DNA of 64,000 nt from Candidatus Sumerlaeaceae bacterium. Lineage in GTDB: Bacteria; Sumerlaeota; Sumerlaeia; Sumerlaeales; Sumerlaeaceae. Each line of letters starts with the position of its first letter. Within the stretch, counting starts at the first letter, position 1. The notes under the pieces are model-generated. The model had not been told where the DNA came from. It was given only the letters and a program-made list of their open reading frames with translations, and searched no databases. The DNA is taken from assembly GCA_051003195.1 (NCBI GenBank), contig JBPCLP010000045.1, positions 1 through 64,000 of the forward strand, given 5' to 3'. Positions 55,390-64,000 of this stretch are shown here, one piece after another. The position numbers were made by a program, and so were the translations under genes.

Positions 55390-57195
55390 CTAACGCGAGC
55401 CGGGTGAAATGCGTCGACCAGATGGTGGCGGGGGCAATTCCTGGCGTGTTGGCGTGTCGCGTTTGCTTTCTGTTTCCGCGGGCTCAATGCGAATACCTGA
55501 TTCGGCTGCGGCCGGGGATTTGCGCGCTCTGGCCGGCGTTACGGCAGGTCCACCAAGTTTGCTCACCTGGTCTACCAGCGCAGTGTCAGCGCCCTCGACT
55601 TTTAAACGGGCACTCAAGCTCGTAAGCAGATCCTTTTTGCCAAGTTTAGCAGCGGAAGCCGCTGCTTCAACCAGTGCAGACAGCCGCTCCTGCTCGCTTT
55701 TGGAATCGCGGAGCCTGTTGTCGAGCGCGGCAAGGGTGGCGCTCGCCTCCTCGTTCGACATCTGCAGTTTCAGCGAGCGTTCCAGCCGGCTGCGGTTACC
55801 CTGCTGCCGCTGAAGCGCGTAATGCTCTTCCAGTTGCTTCTCATAAGGAGCCAGCAGTTGCGCCTGCTCAGGCGACAGATCGTCTGCTGAAAGATAAAAG
55901 AGCGCAAGCTCCGCATCCGCGAATCTGCCGGCGTGCAACAGCTCACCAATGTTTGCGATCTGCGCATTTCGCCGTTTATCGCTCAACACACGGCGTGCAA
56001 GATCTGCCGGGCCTGAAACATCGACGACGTCCCGGAAATCATCGATTGAATCGTCAATGTCATTGAGTAGTTGTTCCGCATCGGCAAAGTGGCGCTGCTC
56101 CACCAGCAGATGAAACGTTTCAAACATCCAGCTGAGTATCTCATCGATGAGGTCGGTCCGCCCGCCTTGCAATTCATCGCTGTTCGGGAAAGTGCTCATC
56201 AGGGCACTGAGTCGCGCGCGAGCATCCAGGTAGTCGTGGTTGGCGGCGAACTCCTCACGCAACTGGCCGATCTCCCGCGCCGCCTGCACCTTTGCCCCGC
56301 TGGTCAGGTAGTCGCTGATATACGCCTTCTCCGGCACGTCGGGCGTCACATCGAGAAACTTTTCGATCTCCTGTTTCAGGTGCGCGTACGTCGTTCCGCC
56401 GGTTTCGAAGTCGAGGTACAAGTCCTTGATATCCTGCAGATAGTAATGTGCAATGTCCTCACGAAGCAGCGCCAGCCTGGAACTTGTTTCGTTATCGGGA
56501 ACATTGGCTTCCAGGGCCGTTATAGCTGCCAGTGCTTCCGAGTAGCGGTTGTTAAACTTCAGAGTCTGGATGTTCTTGATCTGCTGGTTCATGTCAGTCT
56601 TCAGCGCAAGCCGCAAGGCATCTGACGCGATATTGGTTGCGCTGCCCGGGTCGGAACTACGGCGCACCGATTCCAGTTCTTTTAATGCCTTCCCATATTT
56701 CTGCTGCTGATAGAGTTGTTTTGCCGCCGCCAGCCTGCGAACCGTCGGATCCGGCCGCAGCATATATCCCAGTGCCGAGCCCAGCCCAATTACGAGCACC
56801 ACGAGCGCCAGTGCCATCCAGCGATAGCTTTTTAAGGCCGGCAGGGTATTCTCGACCGCCTGGACACGCTGCAGATAATGGTGCGCCTTTGACAATTCCG
56901 ACGAAAGCTCTATCGCGTTCTTCCAGCACTCCCGAGCCTTCTCGTACTCGCCTTCTTTTGCGTAGAGTGTTCCCAATACCACGTGGGCGTTACTGAACCG
57001 CCGATCGAGATCCAACGCATTGCGCAGCTCGTCTATTGCTTCAGTCGTGCGTCCACGCTCCGCGTGTTCGAGCGCGTCGTTATAATGGTGCCGAGCCTTA
57101 TTGACCAGCAGGCGCAGCATGGAAATGTCCTTATCGCACGCGTAGCAGCGCTCGCGATCTTCACGGTTCTCGGTTTGACAGTAAGGACATTGCAT
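55390..57195 (-). CDS. Zinc-ribbon plus TPR single-pass membrane protein
   Basis: CPYC-x10-CYAC, two TPR-like repeats, TM 'WMALALVVLVIGLGSALGYML', helical extracytoplasmic region. Confidence 0.8.
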   Translation of the reverse strand: MQCPYCQTENREDRERCYACDKDISMLRLLVNKARHHYNDALEHAERGRTTEAIDELRNALDLDRRFSNAHVVLGTLYAKEGEYEKARECWKNAIELSSELSKAHHYLQRVQAVENTLPALKSYRWMALALVVLVIGLGSALGYMLRPDPTVRRLAAAKQLYQQQKYGKALKELESVRRSSDPGSATNIASDALRLALKTDMNQQIKNIQTLKFNNRYSEALAAITALEANVPDNETSSRLALLREDIAHYYLQDIKDLYLDFETGGTTYAHLKQEIEKFLDVTPDVPEKAYISDYLTSGAKVQAAREIGQLREEFAANHDYLDARARLSALMSTFPNSDELQGGRTDLIDEILSWMFETFHLLVEQRHFADAEQLLNDIDDSIDDFRDVVDVSGPADLARRVLSDKRRNAQIANIGELLHAGRFADAELALFYLSADDLSPEQAQLLAPYEKQLEEHYALQRQQGNRSRLERSLKLQMSNEEASATLAALDNRLRDSKSEQERLSALVEAAASAAKLGKKDLLTSLSARLKVEGADTALVDQVSKLGGPAVTPARARKSPAAAESGIRIEPAETESKRDTPTRQELPPPPSGRRISPGSR

Positions 57196-57261
57196 TCTGA
57201 AGTATCAGGCTGATGGGGCGGCGAACCCGTTATCAAGCATAAGTGCAGTACTTCAGGGGTT

Positions 57262-58080
57262 TTATCCTGTGCCGAATTGCGCGTCGATCTGGATCGAATC
57301 GGTGATGCGGATCTGCAGATCCCGCAGCCGCAATCCGCCCAGCGACGCAGCCGCAAGCGAGACCTTGTGGCCGTTATACTGCTGGAGCTTCGGCCCTATC
57401 AGCGTCGAGACCATCGTGCCAATCATGCCCTCACTGCCGGCGTTAAGCTCCGACACTGTAGCGTTCAGTTCGTCGTCAATTTCGACAGTCGCGCCCAGGT
57501 GAACCGCCGCCTTCATCATAAACTTCTTCGCCGAGGCCTGCAACTCCGCCCGAATCTTACGCGGGCCGCGTTGGTCCAGTTTCAACTGCACGTCCTCGAT
57601 GCCCACACCATATTCCTTAGCCGCAGGGGCAATGCCGGACAACAGCATTTCCTGTAGATCGCGCTGCTTGAGCGACAAGTGAACGCGCCCGGCATTGGCA
57701 GGCTGCTCGGCGTTCGGTACAAGCCACAGCTTGCCGGATGTCTCCGAGCGATAATCGAATTTCATCTGCTCTGCCGAAAGCTCAAAATCCAGTGGCGCGA
57801 TTCCGACACGCAGCGGAAGCGCGTGCAGGTGGAATTTGCGCGCTATGAAGGCAGGACGACTGCCTGAGCGGAAACTGGGAGGCTCAGGGCGCTTGGATGG
57901 ATCCGCGATTGCGCCATTCAGGTCGATTGTGAGAGAGTCCAGATCCCCGGGAAAATCGCCTTCCATGATAACCGCATATCCCGCGCGAGGAAGCTTTATG
58001 AAAGCGGACAGCCCCTGGTTCACAGCGCGTTTGAATTCGTCGGTGCTCATCGGTTCCTGCGTACTCGCAAGCGGCAGCAT
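57262..58080 (-). CDS. Hypothetical protein (weakly DUF2993/LmeA-like elongated beta fold)
   Basis: 272-aa ORF co-directional with neighbours; amphipathic strands, 'VHLSLKQRDLQEML'; family guess is weak. Confidence 0.55.
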   Translation of the reverse strand: MLPLASTQEPMSTDEFKRAVNQGLSAFIKLPRAGYAVIMEGDFPGDLDSLTIDLNGAIADPSKRPEPPSFRSGSRPAFIARKFHLHALPLRVGIAPLDFELSAEQMKFDYRSETSGKLWLVPNAEQPANAGRVHLSLKQRDLQEMLLSGIAPAAKEYGVGIEDVQLKLDQRGPRKIRAELQASAKKFMMKAAVHLGATVEIDDELNATVSELNAGSEGMIGTMVSTLIGPKLQQYNGHKVSLAAASLGGLRLRDLQIRITDSIQIDAQFGTG

Positions 58081-58107
58081 CTACACTCTCCTGTTTTCGT
58101 TGTCGCG

Positions 58108-59529
58108 CTACTGTTGCAACCTCCGTGCCTCGTTTGTTCGGACTACAGCCACGCTATAGGCCGGCAGGGCTTTGAGATAAAGGACATTCGTCGACGGCCC
58201 CGTCCGCTCGATATTTACCATCAGTTCCTCCGGCGCCCGTGTACTTCCCGATGCTACCGTCTCGGAAGTCACCAGATCCACCGAAAATGCGGTCATTCGC
58301 CCGATCCGTTGTGAGCCGGCCGGCCTGATTTCCACGTCCGCCGCGTCAGTCCCGGATGTATTGATCACCAGAAGCGTACATCCGCCATCGTCTGTGCGCG
58401 TCGCGTAGAACTCAACACGTCCCCTGCGCTCTGCCCCAACTACACGCCCCAGGAAATGATGGGCCAGGAGCCGGAGCACGTAGTACGTGTGGTAGGGTCT
58501 GTTCTCCGGTGTGCTCGTCACGATGCCAAAATCACCCCCGCGCGGTTTCCACTCGTTGTGAAATGCCCACCAGCACGACATGTCCGTTCCCGTCTCCGCC
58601 ATTGCTCCGTACATCTGCGCCATATAGACGGCGTTCGCCATCTCAATGGTTTGCGGCCCCGGGTGGGAAGAGGTGCTGTTGAGTCCCACCAGGCAGAATT
58701 TGGGGAGAGGTTTCCCGGGCCTGCTGCGGGCGATGAAATCTTTCAGGCGTCCAAACAGCTTACGATACTGGTCCGGCGTGCGGAACAGCTTCTCATCCTG
58801 TTCGTTTGGTGGCGAGAGTGGGAAGAACGTTGTGGTGATAATATCGAACGAGTCACCAAGTCCTGCAAGCGCTTCACGGGTCCATGAGGTGTCCGGATCC
58901 GAAAGGTGCAGGTTTGCCGCCATCTTGAGTCCCGGCTCCACGGCACGCATCGCATCGGCAATCTGTCGAAATTTCTGCGCGTAATCTGTACCGGTTGTAT
59001 GGCTCTTCGCCCACGATCCCCACACTTCGTCGCCAACTTCCCAGAACGGCACCGCTCCGTTGCCGGCACGCATTTGAATGTAGCGCGCCCACTCCGCGGC
59101 GAGCTGCGTCCCGGAAGTAAAGTTGACCGTAAAAAAACCCGGCACCCCGCACTGCCGCTGCAGTTCCAGGTATTCGTCCGTATCCATGTCGTCGGGCTTG
59201 TTGCCTTCGGAATTCCAGACATAGCTGTCCGCGTCGTTTCCGCCGGGATATTTCAGAAAACCAAGCTCCAGATCCTTCAGCCGCGCAATGGCTGTGCTGT
59301 CGCCTGCCCGCAGTTTTTCGGTTCCCGTGGTAGGGTACAACTGCTTGTCCCATCGCGCCACATTAAGTCCGTACAGCATCTTCGTCACGATGGGGCCTGT
59401 CGTCGCGTCTATATCGAGATTGAAATTAACGGTCTGGGTGGCAGCCGCAGTCGCTGCCCAGCCAGCGAGAAGTAGAGCGAAAAGGGAGCAGGGGCCTTTC
59501 CTCTGTTCTCTCCGTTTCCGCCTGTTCAA
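58108..59529 (-). CDS. Secreted GH-A clan (GH51/GH44-like) glycoside-hydrolase-fold protein, probably lacking the catalytic nucleophile
   Basis: LKYPGG, FTVNF, FWEVGDE, AMRAVEP, WWAFHN…GDFG; 'LVGLN' where homologues usually read 'ITExN'; signal peptide. Confidence 0.75.
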   Translation of the reverse strand: MNRRKRREQRKGPCSLFALLLAGWAATAAATQTVNFNLDIDATTGPIVTKMLYGLNVARWDKQLYPTTGTEKLRAGDSTAIARLKDLELGFLKYPGGNDADSYVWNSEGNKPDDMDTDEYLELQRQCGVPGFFTVNFTSGTQLAAEWARYIQMRAGNGAVPFWEVGDEVWGSWAKSHTTGTDYAQKFRQIADAMRAVEPGLKMAANLHLSDPDTSWTREALAGLGDSFDIITTTFFPLSPPNEQDEKLFRTPDQYRKLFGRLKDFIARSRPGKPLPKFCLVGLNSTSSHPGPQTIEMANAVYMAQMYGAMAETGTDMSCWWAFHNEWKPRGGDFGIVTSTPENRPYHTYYVLRLLAHHFLGRVVGAERRGRVEFYATRTDDGGCTLLVINTSGTDAADVEIRPAGSQRIGRMTAFSVDLVTSETVASGSTRAPEELMVNIERTGPSTNVLYLKALPAYSVAVVRTNEARRLQQ

Positions 59530-59539
59530 ATTAAAGCCA

Positions 59540-60619
59540 TCACTTTTCCGAAAACGGATTCGCCTGCAGCACTTCCAGTATGTGCTCGTTCACTCGCATT
59601 GCTACCAGTTCGCTGGCAACACGGATCGCGTTCATGATAGCCTTCGCACGCGATGAACCGTGACAGATGACGCAGATGCCGTTGAGACCCAGCAGCGGAG
59701 CGCCGCCGTATTCGGTGTGGTCGACCTGCTTCTTAAACTTCTTGAGCGCCGGCAACATGGCCAGTGCACCGAGCTGCGACACCACGTTGCGCTGAACCTC
59801 TTCCTTGAGGTTCGTCATGATGAACTCCGAAAGTCCTTCACCGAACTTCAGCAGCGCATTGCCGACAAACCCGTCGCAAACCACGACGTCGAAGGTGCCG
59901 CTCATGAGGTCGCGCCCCTCGGCGTTTCCGCGAAAATTCAGCGTCGATGCCCGCAACAGCTCATGCGATTCGCGAACCATCTCGTTACCCTTGGTTGCTT
60001 CCTCGCCATTCGAGAGCAAACCCACCCGGGGATTGCGCCGATGCAGAACGAAGCGTGAATAGACCGACCCCATGACCGCAAAGTGGAGAAGGTTGCGCGG
60101 TTTACAGTCGACGTTAGCCCCAATGTCCAGCAGCAGGCACGGTCGCAGTGAATGGGGAAGCACTGCCGCAATGGCGGGCCGGCTGATTCCCGGCAATCGG
60201 CGCCATGCCACCATGCAAGTCGCCATCGTCGCACCTGTGTTGCCCGCGCTGATCATTCCCCCGGCACGTTTCTCATGCACCAGGCGCGCGGCGACCGCTA
60301 CGCTCGAATCGGTTTTTTTGACGGAATCGTGAGGCTTCTCATGCATGCCCACGACCTGGCTGGCGTGCTCCACCTGGAGCCTGCGATTATAAAGCCCATG
60401 CTTTTCAACCAGCGAGTCCAGGGTTTCGCGGTTCCCGGTGCAAATCACGGTGACGTGCGGCATGGCTTCCACCGCGGCAAAGGCTCCAATCAGTGCTTCC
60501 TCCGGACCGGTCTCGACACCCATCGCATCAAGGGCAATGGTCACGGCGTGGCGAGGGCGAATGCGCGTGCGCCTTCGGACCACCACCTGCTTGCGAAGCT
60601 TCGTAAAATCTTTCGCCAT
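59540..60619 (-). CDS. plsX: Phosphate acyltransferase PlsX
   Basis: IALDAMG, SAGNTGA, RPAIA, LLDIGAN, GEEATKG, DGFVGN, YGGAPLLG, HGSS. Confidence 0.96.
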   Translation of the reverse strand: MAKDFTKLRKQVVVRRRTRIRPRHAVTIALDAMGVETGPEEALIGAFAAVEAMPHVTVICTGNRETLDSLVEKHGLYNRRLQVEHASQVVGMHEKPHDSVKKTDSSVAVAARLVHEKRAGGMISAGNTGATMATCMVAWRRLPGISRPAIAAVLPHSLRPCLLLDIGANVDCKPRNLLHFAVMGSVYSRFVLHRRNPRVGLLSNGEEATKGNEMVRESHELLRASTLNFRGNAEGRDLMSGTFDVVVCDGFVGNALLKFGEGLSEFIMTNLKEEVQRNVVSQLGALAMLPALKKFKKQVDHTEYGGAPLLGLNGICVICHGSSRAKAIMNAIRVASELVAMRVNEHILEVLQANPFSEK

Positions 60620-60726
60620 AAGTCGCCAGCTTCATGGGCAGCACCCCGGGCTTTGCAACGGGAAAGCTTTATCGGAGGTATCGCACGAATGAACACGAAT
60701 CCCGGGAAGCCGTGCGATTCGCGCTT

Positions 60727-60760
60727 AAATAAAAACGGGCCTGGTATGGCACCAGGCCCG
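60727..60760 (-). terminator. Intrinsic terminator between rpmF and plsX
   Basis: Minus strand CGGGCCTGGT-gccat-ACCAGGCCCG followed by TTTTTATTT. Confidence 0.75.
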
Positions 60761-60841
60761 CTCCGCTCTGCTTAGTTATTTAGGGTTCGCGGCTATTCAG
60801 TGTCCAGGTTCTGCGTCGAACGCAAAAATACCGGAAAAGGC

Positions 60842-61039
60842 TTACTTGCTCTCAGATGATGAAGGCAAGGGTCCGTACTGTCGACCCTTGAACTCGCCGC
60901 AGTTAGGGCATACCCGGTGAGGCATACGCGGTTTGCCGCAGCTCTTGCAGTCAGCCATACCCTGAACGGTCTCCATTCCTTTATGGGTGCGACCGCGGTC
61001 ACGGCGCGCAGAACAATGGCGCCGCCTTGGAACTGGCAT
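60842..61039 (-). CDS. rpmF: 50S ribosomal protein L32 (zinc-ribbon type)
   Basis: MPVPRRR…RRDRGRTH…CKSCG…PHRVCPNCGEFKG; GGAGG RBS. Confidence 0.96.
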   Translation of the reverse strand: MPVPRRRHCSARRDRGRTHKGMETVQGMADCKSCGKPRMPHRVCPNCGEFKGRQYGPLPSSSESK

Positions 61040-61344
61040 TGTGATCCTCCGTTACTCGATAAAAACCGAGCACTTATAGCCCGTTGAGGCCGATAAATTC
61101 AACTGCCGAGTCACCCATGGTTTTCAGGAAGTCCAGCTGCAAAGCCGGGCCTGCTCGGTGTCCGTTTATGCAGCCACGATGTCCGCGGGAGTTGGTTGCT
61201 GGAAATCCAGAACTCAAGCGCCTGTCGAAAGCGTCGAAATTTAACTCCAGTTATTGAAAGCATTTGCGTGGATTTCCAGATGCACGTCAAAAAGCTTTAA
61301 ATTTCCAGACGCGGAAAACGTCTCAAAACGAAACCTTCCTGATT

Positions 61345-62229
61345 ATGACGATTCGAATACATAGCTCGATCCATGAGCTGCGCGCCAGCTTCCACGATCG
61401 CGGCAGCGAACCGGTTATACTGGTTCCCACGATGGGCGCCCTGCACACCGGCCACGAAGTACTGATTCACCGTGCAAAGGAAGTTGCACCAGCCTTGGTT
61501 CCGGCTCTGCAGTCCGGCCCGGTCCCACCGCGTATCATCGTATCCATTTTCGTAAACCCGCTGCAGTTCGGCCCTAAAGAGGATTTCGCTCGATACCCAA
61601 GGGACCTCCAACGCGACGCAGCGATCGGGCAAAGTGCCGGCGCCACCGACATCTTCGCACCGTCACCGGAAGAACTTACGCCAGGCGACGTTACTACGAG
61701 CGTCGATCCAGGATCCCTGGCGAACGTGCTTTGCGGACCGTTCCGACCCGGTCACTTCCGCGGCGTCTGTACAATCGTTCTCAAACTGTTCAACGTAGTG
61801 CAGCCAACGCACGCCATCTTCGGTTGGAAGGACGCACAGCAGTTTATCATCCTGCGCAAGATGGTGAAGGACTTGAACCTTCCGATCGAAATGATTGGCG
61901 TAGAAACAGAGCGCGAGTCGGATGGCCTCGCCATGAGTTCACGAAATGCCTATTTGTCGCCGGAAGAGCGCAGAATCGCACCCGCGCTCCACAGGACTTT
62001 GGAGGAACTTCGCGAGGCACTGCTTTGCGGGGCGATCCTTCCTGCAGACACTGAGGCCTTCGCACGAGTTCGGCTTCAAACCGCAGGAATTACTCCGATT
62101 GACTACGTACAGCTCGTATCGGCTGGAACGCTGGGCGCGCCGGAGCCAACGGGCGAGCTTCTCCTCGCAGGCGCCATGCGCCTGGGAACCACACGACTCA
62201 TTGACAACGTACGGTTTTTCATTCCATAA
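61345..62229 (+). CDS. panC: Pantoate--beta-alanine ligase
   Basis: VPTMGALHTGH, SIFVNPLQF, RPGHFRGV, KDAQQ, DGLAMSSRN, RLIDN. Confidence 0.96.
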   Translation: MTIRIHSSIHELRASFHDRGSEPVILVPTMGALHTGHEVLIHRAKEVAPALVPALQSGPVPPRIIVSIFVNPLQFGPKEDFARYPRDLQRDAAIGQSAGATDIFAPSPEELTPGDVTTSVDPGSLANVLCGPFRPGHFRGVCTIVLKLFNVVQPTHAIFGWKDAQQFIILRKMVKDLNLPIEMIGVETERESDGLAMSSRNAYLSPEERRIAPALHRTLEELREALLCGAILPADTEAFARVRLQTAGITPIDYVQLVSAGTLGAPEPTGELLLAGAMRLGTTRLIDNVRFFIP

Positions 62230-62280
62230 CCTCTGGATCCGAAGCACGTATTTTTATTCTTTTTCAGGAGGTAAGCATTG

Positions 62281-62949
62281 ATGAGAGCCCGCGCATTTAC
62301 GCTCATCGAGCTGCTGATTGTTGTGGCGATTATCGCGATTTTAGCGGCAATTGCAGTTCCCAATTTTCTTGAGGCCCAGACCAGGGCGAAGATCTCACGC
62401 GTAAGAGCTGATATGAGAACAGAAGCTACGGCAATTGAGGCTTACGCAGTGGACGAAAACCGTTATCCACCCGCATGGGATTACTGGCCAGCAGGACCTG
62501 GACGTACATGGGGTACTTTTACTGAGATTTCCGCAGGCCCATTTCACGCTCGTGTACCATCATACCTCACGACACCAATTGCTTACATCACAAGCATTCC
62601 GGGCGATCCATTTCGGCAAAACGATAAAGGTCCAATTGCCATCAATCTTTTGCCGGTGAAAGACCGCCATACATACTTTAATATGAGATACTTTTTTGAC
62701 GGCGGGGTCAACGCAACGGGGCCTAATACAATCACTGAGGCTCAGAAGCTTGCTGGTGCATGGTTTCTCTATTCTCCGGGGCCTGACAGGGACGAATTTA
62801 ATACCCCAGCCGGCGCAACGGCAACTGCCCTGAGAGTATACCGGGACTATGATGCCACAAATGGGACTGTTAGTCTCGGAAACCTTTTTAGAACTCCGGC
62901 GAACGGCGAACGGTTGGGGTCAGTTCCATATTTTTATACGACACCCTGA
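62281..62949 (+). CDS. Prepilin-type N-terminal cleavage/methylation domain protein (pseudopilin-like)
   Basis: A|FTLIELLIVVAIIAILAAIAVPNF; YLTTPIAYI…DPF, SPGPD, YDATNGTVSLG; AGGAGG RBS. Confidence 0.9.
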   Translation: MRARAFTLIELLIVVAIIAILAAIAVPNFLEAQTRAKISRVRADMRTEATAIEAYAVDENRYPPAWDYWPAGPGRTWGTFTEISAGPFHARVPSYLTTPIAYITSIPGDPFRQNDKGPIAINLLPVKDRHTYFNMRYFFDGGVNATGPNTITEAQKLAGAWFLYSPGPDRDEFNTPAGATATALRVYRDYDATNGTVSLGNLFRTPANGERLGSVPYFYTTP

Positions 62950-63069
62950 TACCAGGTGCGTGATAGTTTCGATGCGGCTCTGCTCGGGGGAACTTTTCTT
63001 TCGTGGCGGATTGTTGCAGCGGGCATATTAGCGTATTGATTTTAACAAGGATCAAGACCGCGATCTGAC

Positions 63070-64000
63070 ATGCTAAAAGAGCACAACTACGTATTCAAGC
63101 GCGTGAACATGGCAATCGACCTGGTGCTTACTGCCGGGGCGGTGGTGGTAGCGCACGGTCTGCGCAACGCGGTGCTGGCGCCGTATTTCTTCCCGGAGGT
63201 GTTTCGCGAACCGGCGCGCTTCGCCGATTATGCGTGGCTGGCGTACACTATGCCGCTGTTCATGGTCGCATTTTTGCGGCACTATGGGTATTACCAGTCG
63301 CAGCGCATCCGCTCATTTGGCAGCACCATGGGAGCCGTGATCGTGAGCGCCGTGCTCACAACCGTCGCGGCGATGGTGCTGAGCTTCATCCTTTCGCAAC
63401 GTGGATCGCGCCCCGCGCTGACGGACGTCGTCAGCGGCGAGAATGTCAGCCGCGGTGTGCTGTTGCTGGTGCCCGTCGTGCTGACGCTGTTAATGGCGTT
63501 GAAGACGATGGCGGTACGCAGTTTCCTGGTCGGCTTGCGCAAGCGTGGTAAAAACTCACGGGCGCTTCTGCTGGTGGGCAGCGGCGCGTCGCTGCGCGAT
63601 TTCATAGGGCTGGTGCAGGGGCACACCTTCTGGGGATTTCAGATCAAGGGAGTCGTCGACGACAGCGGCCGCGAGAGCAAGGCAGTCGAACGCGTGCCGG
63701 TGGTCGCGCAATTAGCAGAGCTACTCCCCTACCTGGAGCGCACGCCTGTGGATGAGGTCGTGTTCATCCCGGCGCGACGCAGCCTCGAGGAACTGGCACC
63801 CTACTTCGCCGCTTGCGAAGAGATGGGAATTCGCACGCGGCTGTCGCTCACGTTCTTCCGCGGCACAATTGCGAAGCCCGTGCTGGACTCCTTCGAGGAT
63901 GTACCGGTCGTCACTTACTCGCCCACCACCGAGTTGAACGCGGCACTCCTGTTCAAGTACACTTTCGACCGTGTTGCGGCGGCATTTCTGCTCGCGCTGG
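63070..64000 (+). CDS. Polyprenyl glycosylphosphotransferase (WcaJ/WbaP-type sugar transferase), 3'-truncated by the window edge
   Basis: ATG 63070 opens MLKEHNYVFKRVNMAIDL…; 4 TM segments, 'ALLLVGSG', 'VDEVVF', then 'LFKYTFDRV' marking the start of the Bac_transf domain; no stop before 64000. Confidence 0.88.
   Translation, partial: MLKEHNYVFKRVNMAIDLVLTAGAVVVAHGLRNAVLAPYFFPEVFREPARFADYAWLAYTMPLFMVAFLRHYGYYQSQRIRSFGSTMGAVIVSAVLTTVAAMVLSFILSQRGSRPALTDVVSGENVSRGVLLLVPVVLTLLMALKTMAVRSFLVGLRKRGKNSRALLLVGSGASLRDFIGLVQGHTFWGFQIKGVVDDSGRESKAVERVPVVAQLAELLPYLERTPVDEVVFIPARRSLEELAPYFAACEEMGIRTRLSLTFFRGTIAKPVLDSFEDVPVVTYSPTTELNAALLFKYTFDRVAAAFLLAL

Overview
Bacterial chromosomal window, GC-rich and probably from a PVC-adjacent candidate lineage such as Sumerlaeota/BRC1. 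That lineage call is an inference from the 'AFTLIELLIVVAIIAILAAIAVPNFLEAQ' prepilin type and the M36 protease architecture, not a database result. Layout: (1) tRNA-Glu(TTC) followed by a ~6.7 kb accessory patch (serine hydrolase, orphan antitoxins, APH-like kinase, phd/vapC, a barrel-only secretin-like protein, a membrane protein, a YkuD-family enzyme). (2) ilvD and a RelE-type TA pair. (3) A ~20.5 kb co-directional sugar locus that looks rhamnose-directed: xylose-isomerase-fold isomerase, fused ABC ATPase-permease, permease, binding protein, GH78, rhaB, a LarA-family racemase, GH2 and an unassigned 1107-aa enzyme. It is interrupted by a frameshifted HigB/HigA-type pair and a RAYT transposase with 28-bp inverted REP-like repeats. 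(4) Mostly housekeeping genes (ilvB, desaturase, pdxH, purD, purM, rnr, rne, plsX, rpmF, panC) mixed with unusual proteins. The unusual ones are an M48-like protease lacking its Zn ligands, a solute-binding lipoprotein with a ~200-aa Q/Y/R-rich insert, RNase E with a ~660-aa disordered insert in its S1 domain, a GH-A-fold protein with Gly at the nucleophile position, and a large modular M36 protease. The window ends in a partial WcaJ-type sugar transferase. No CRISPR array, rRNA, integrase or prophage seen. All assignments come from reading motifs by eye; no searches were run.
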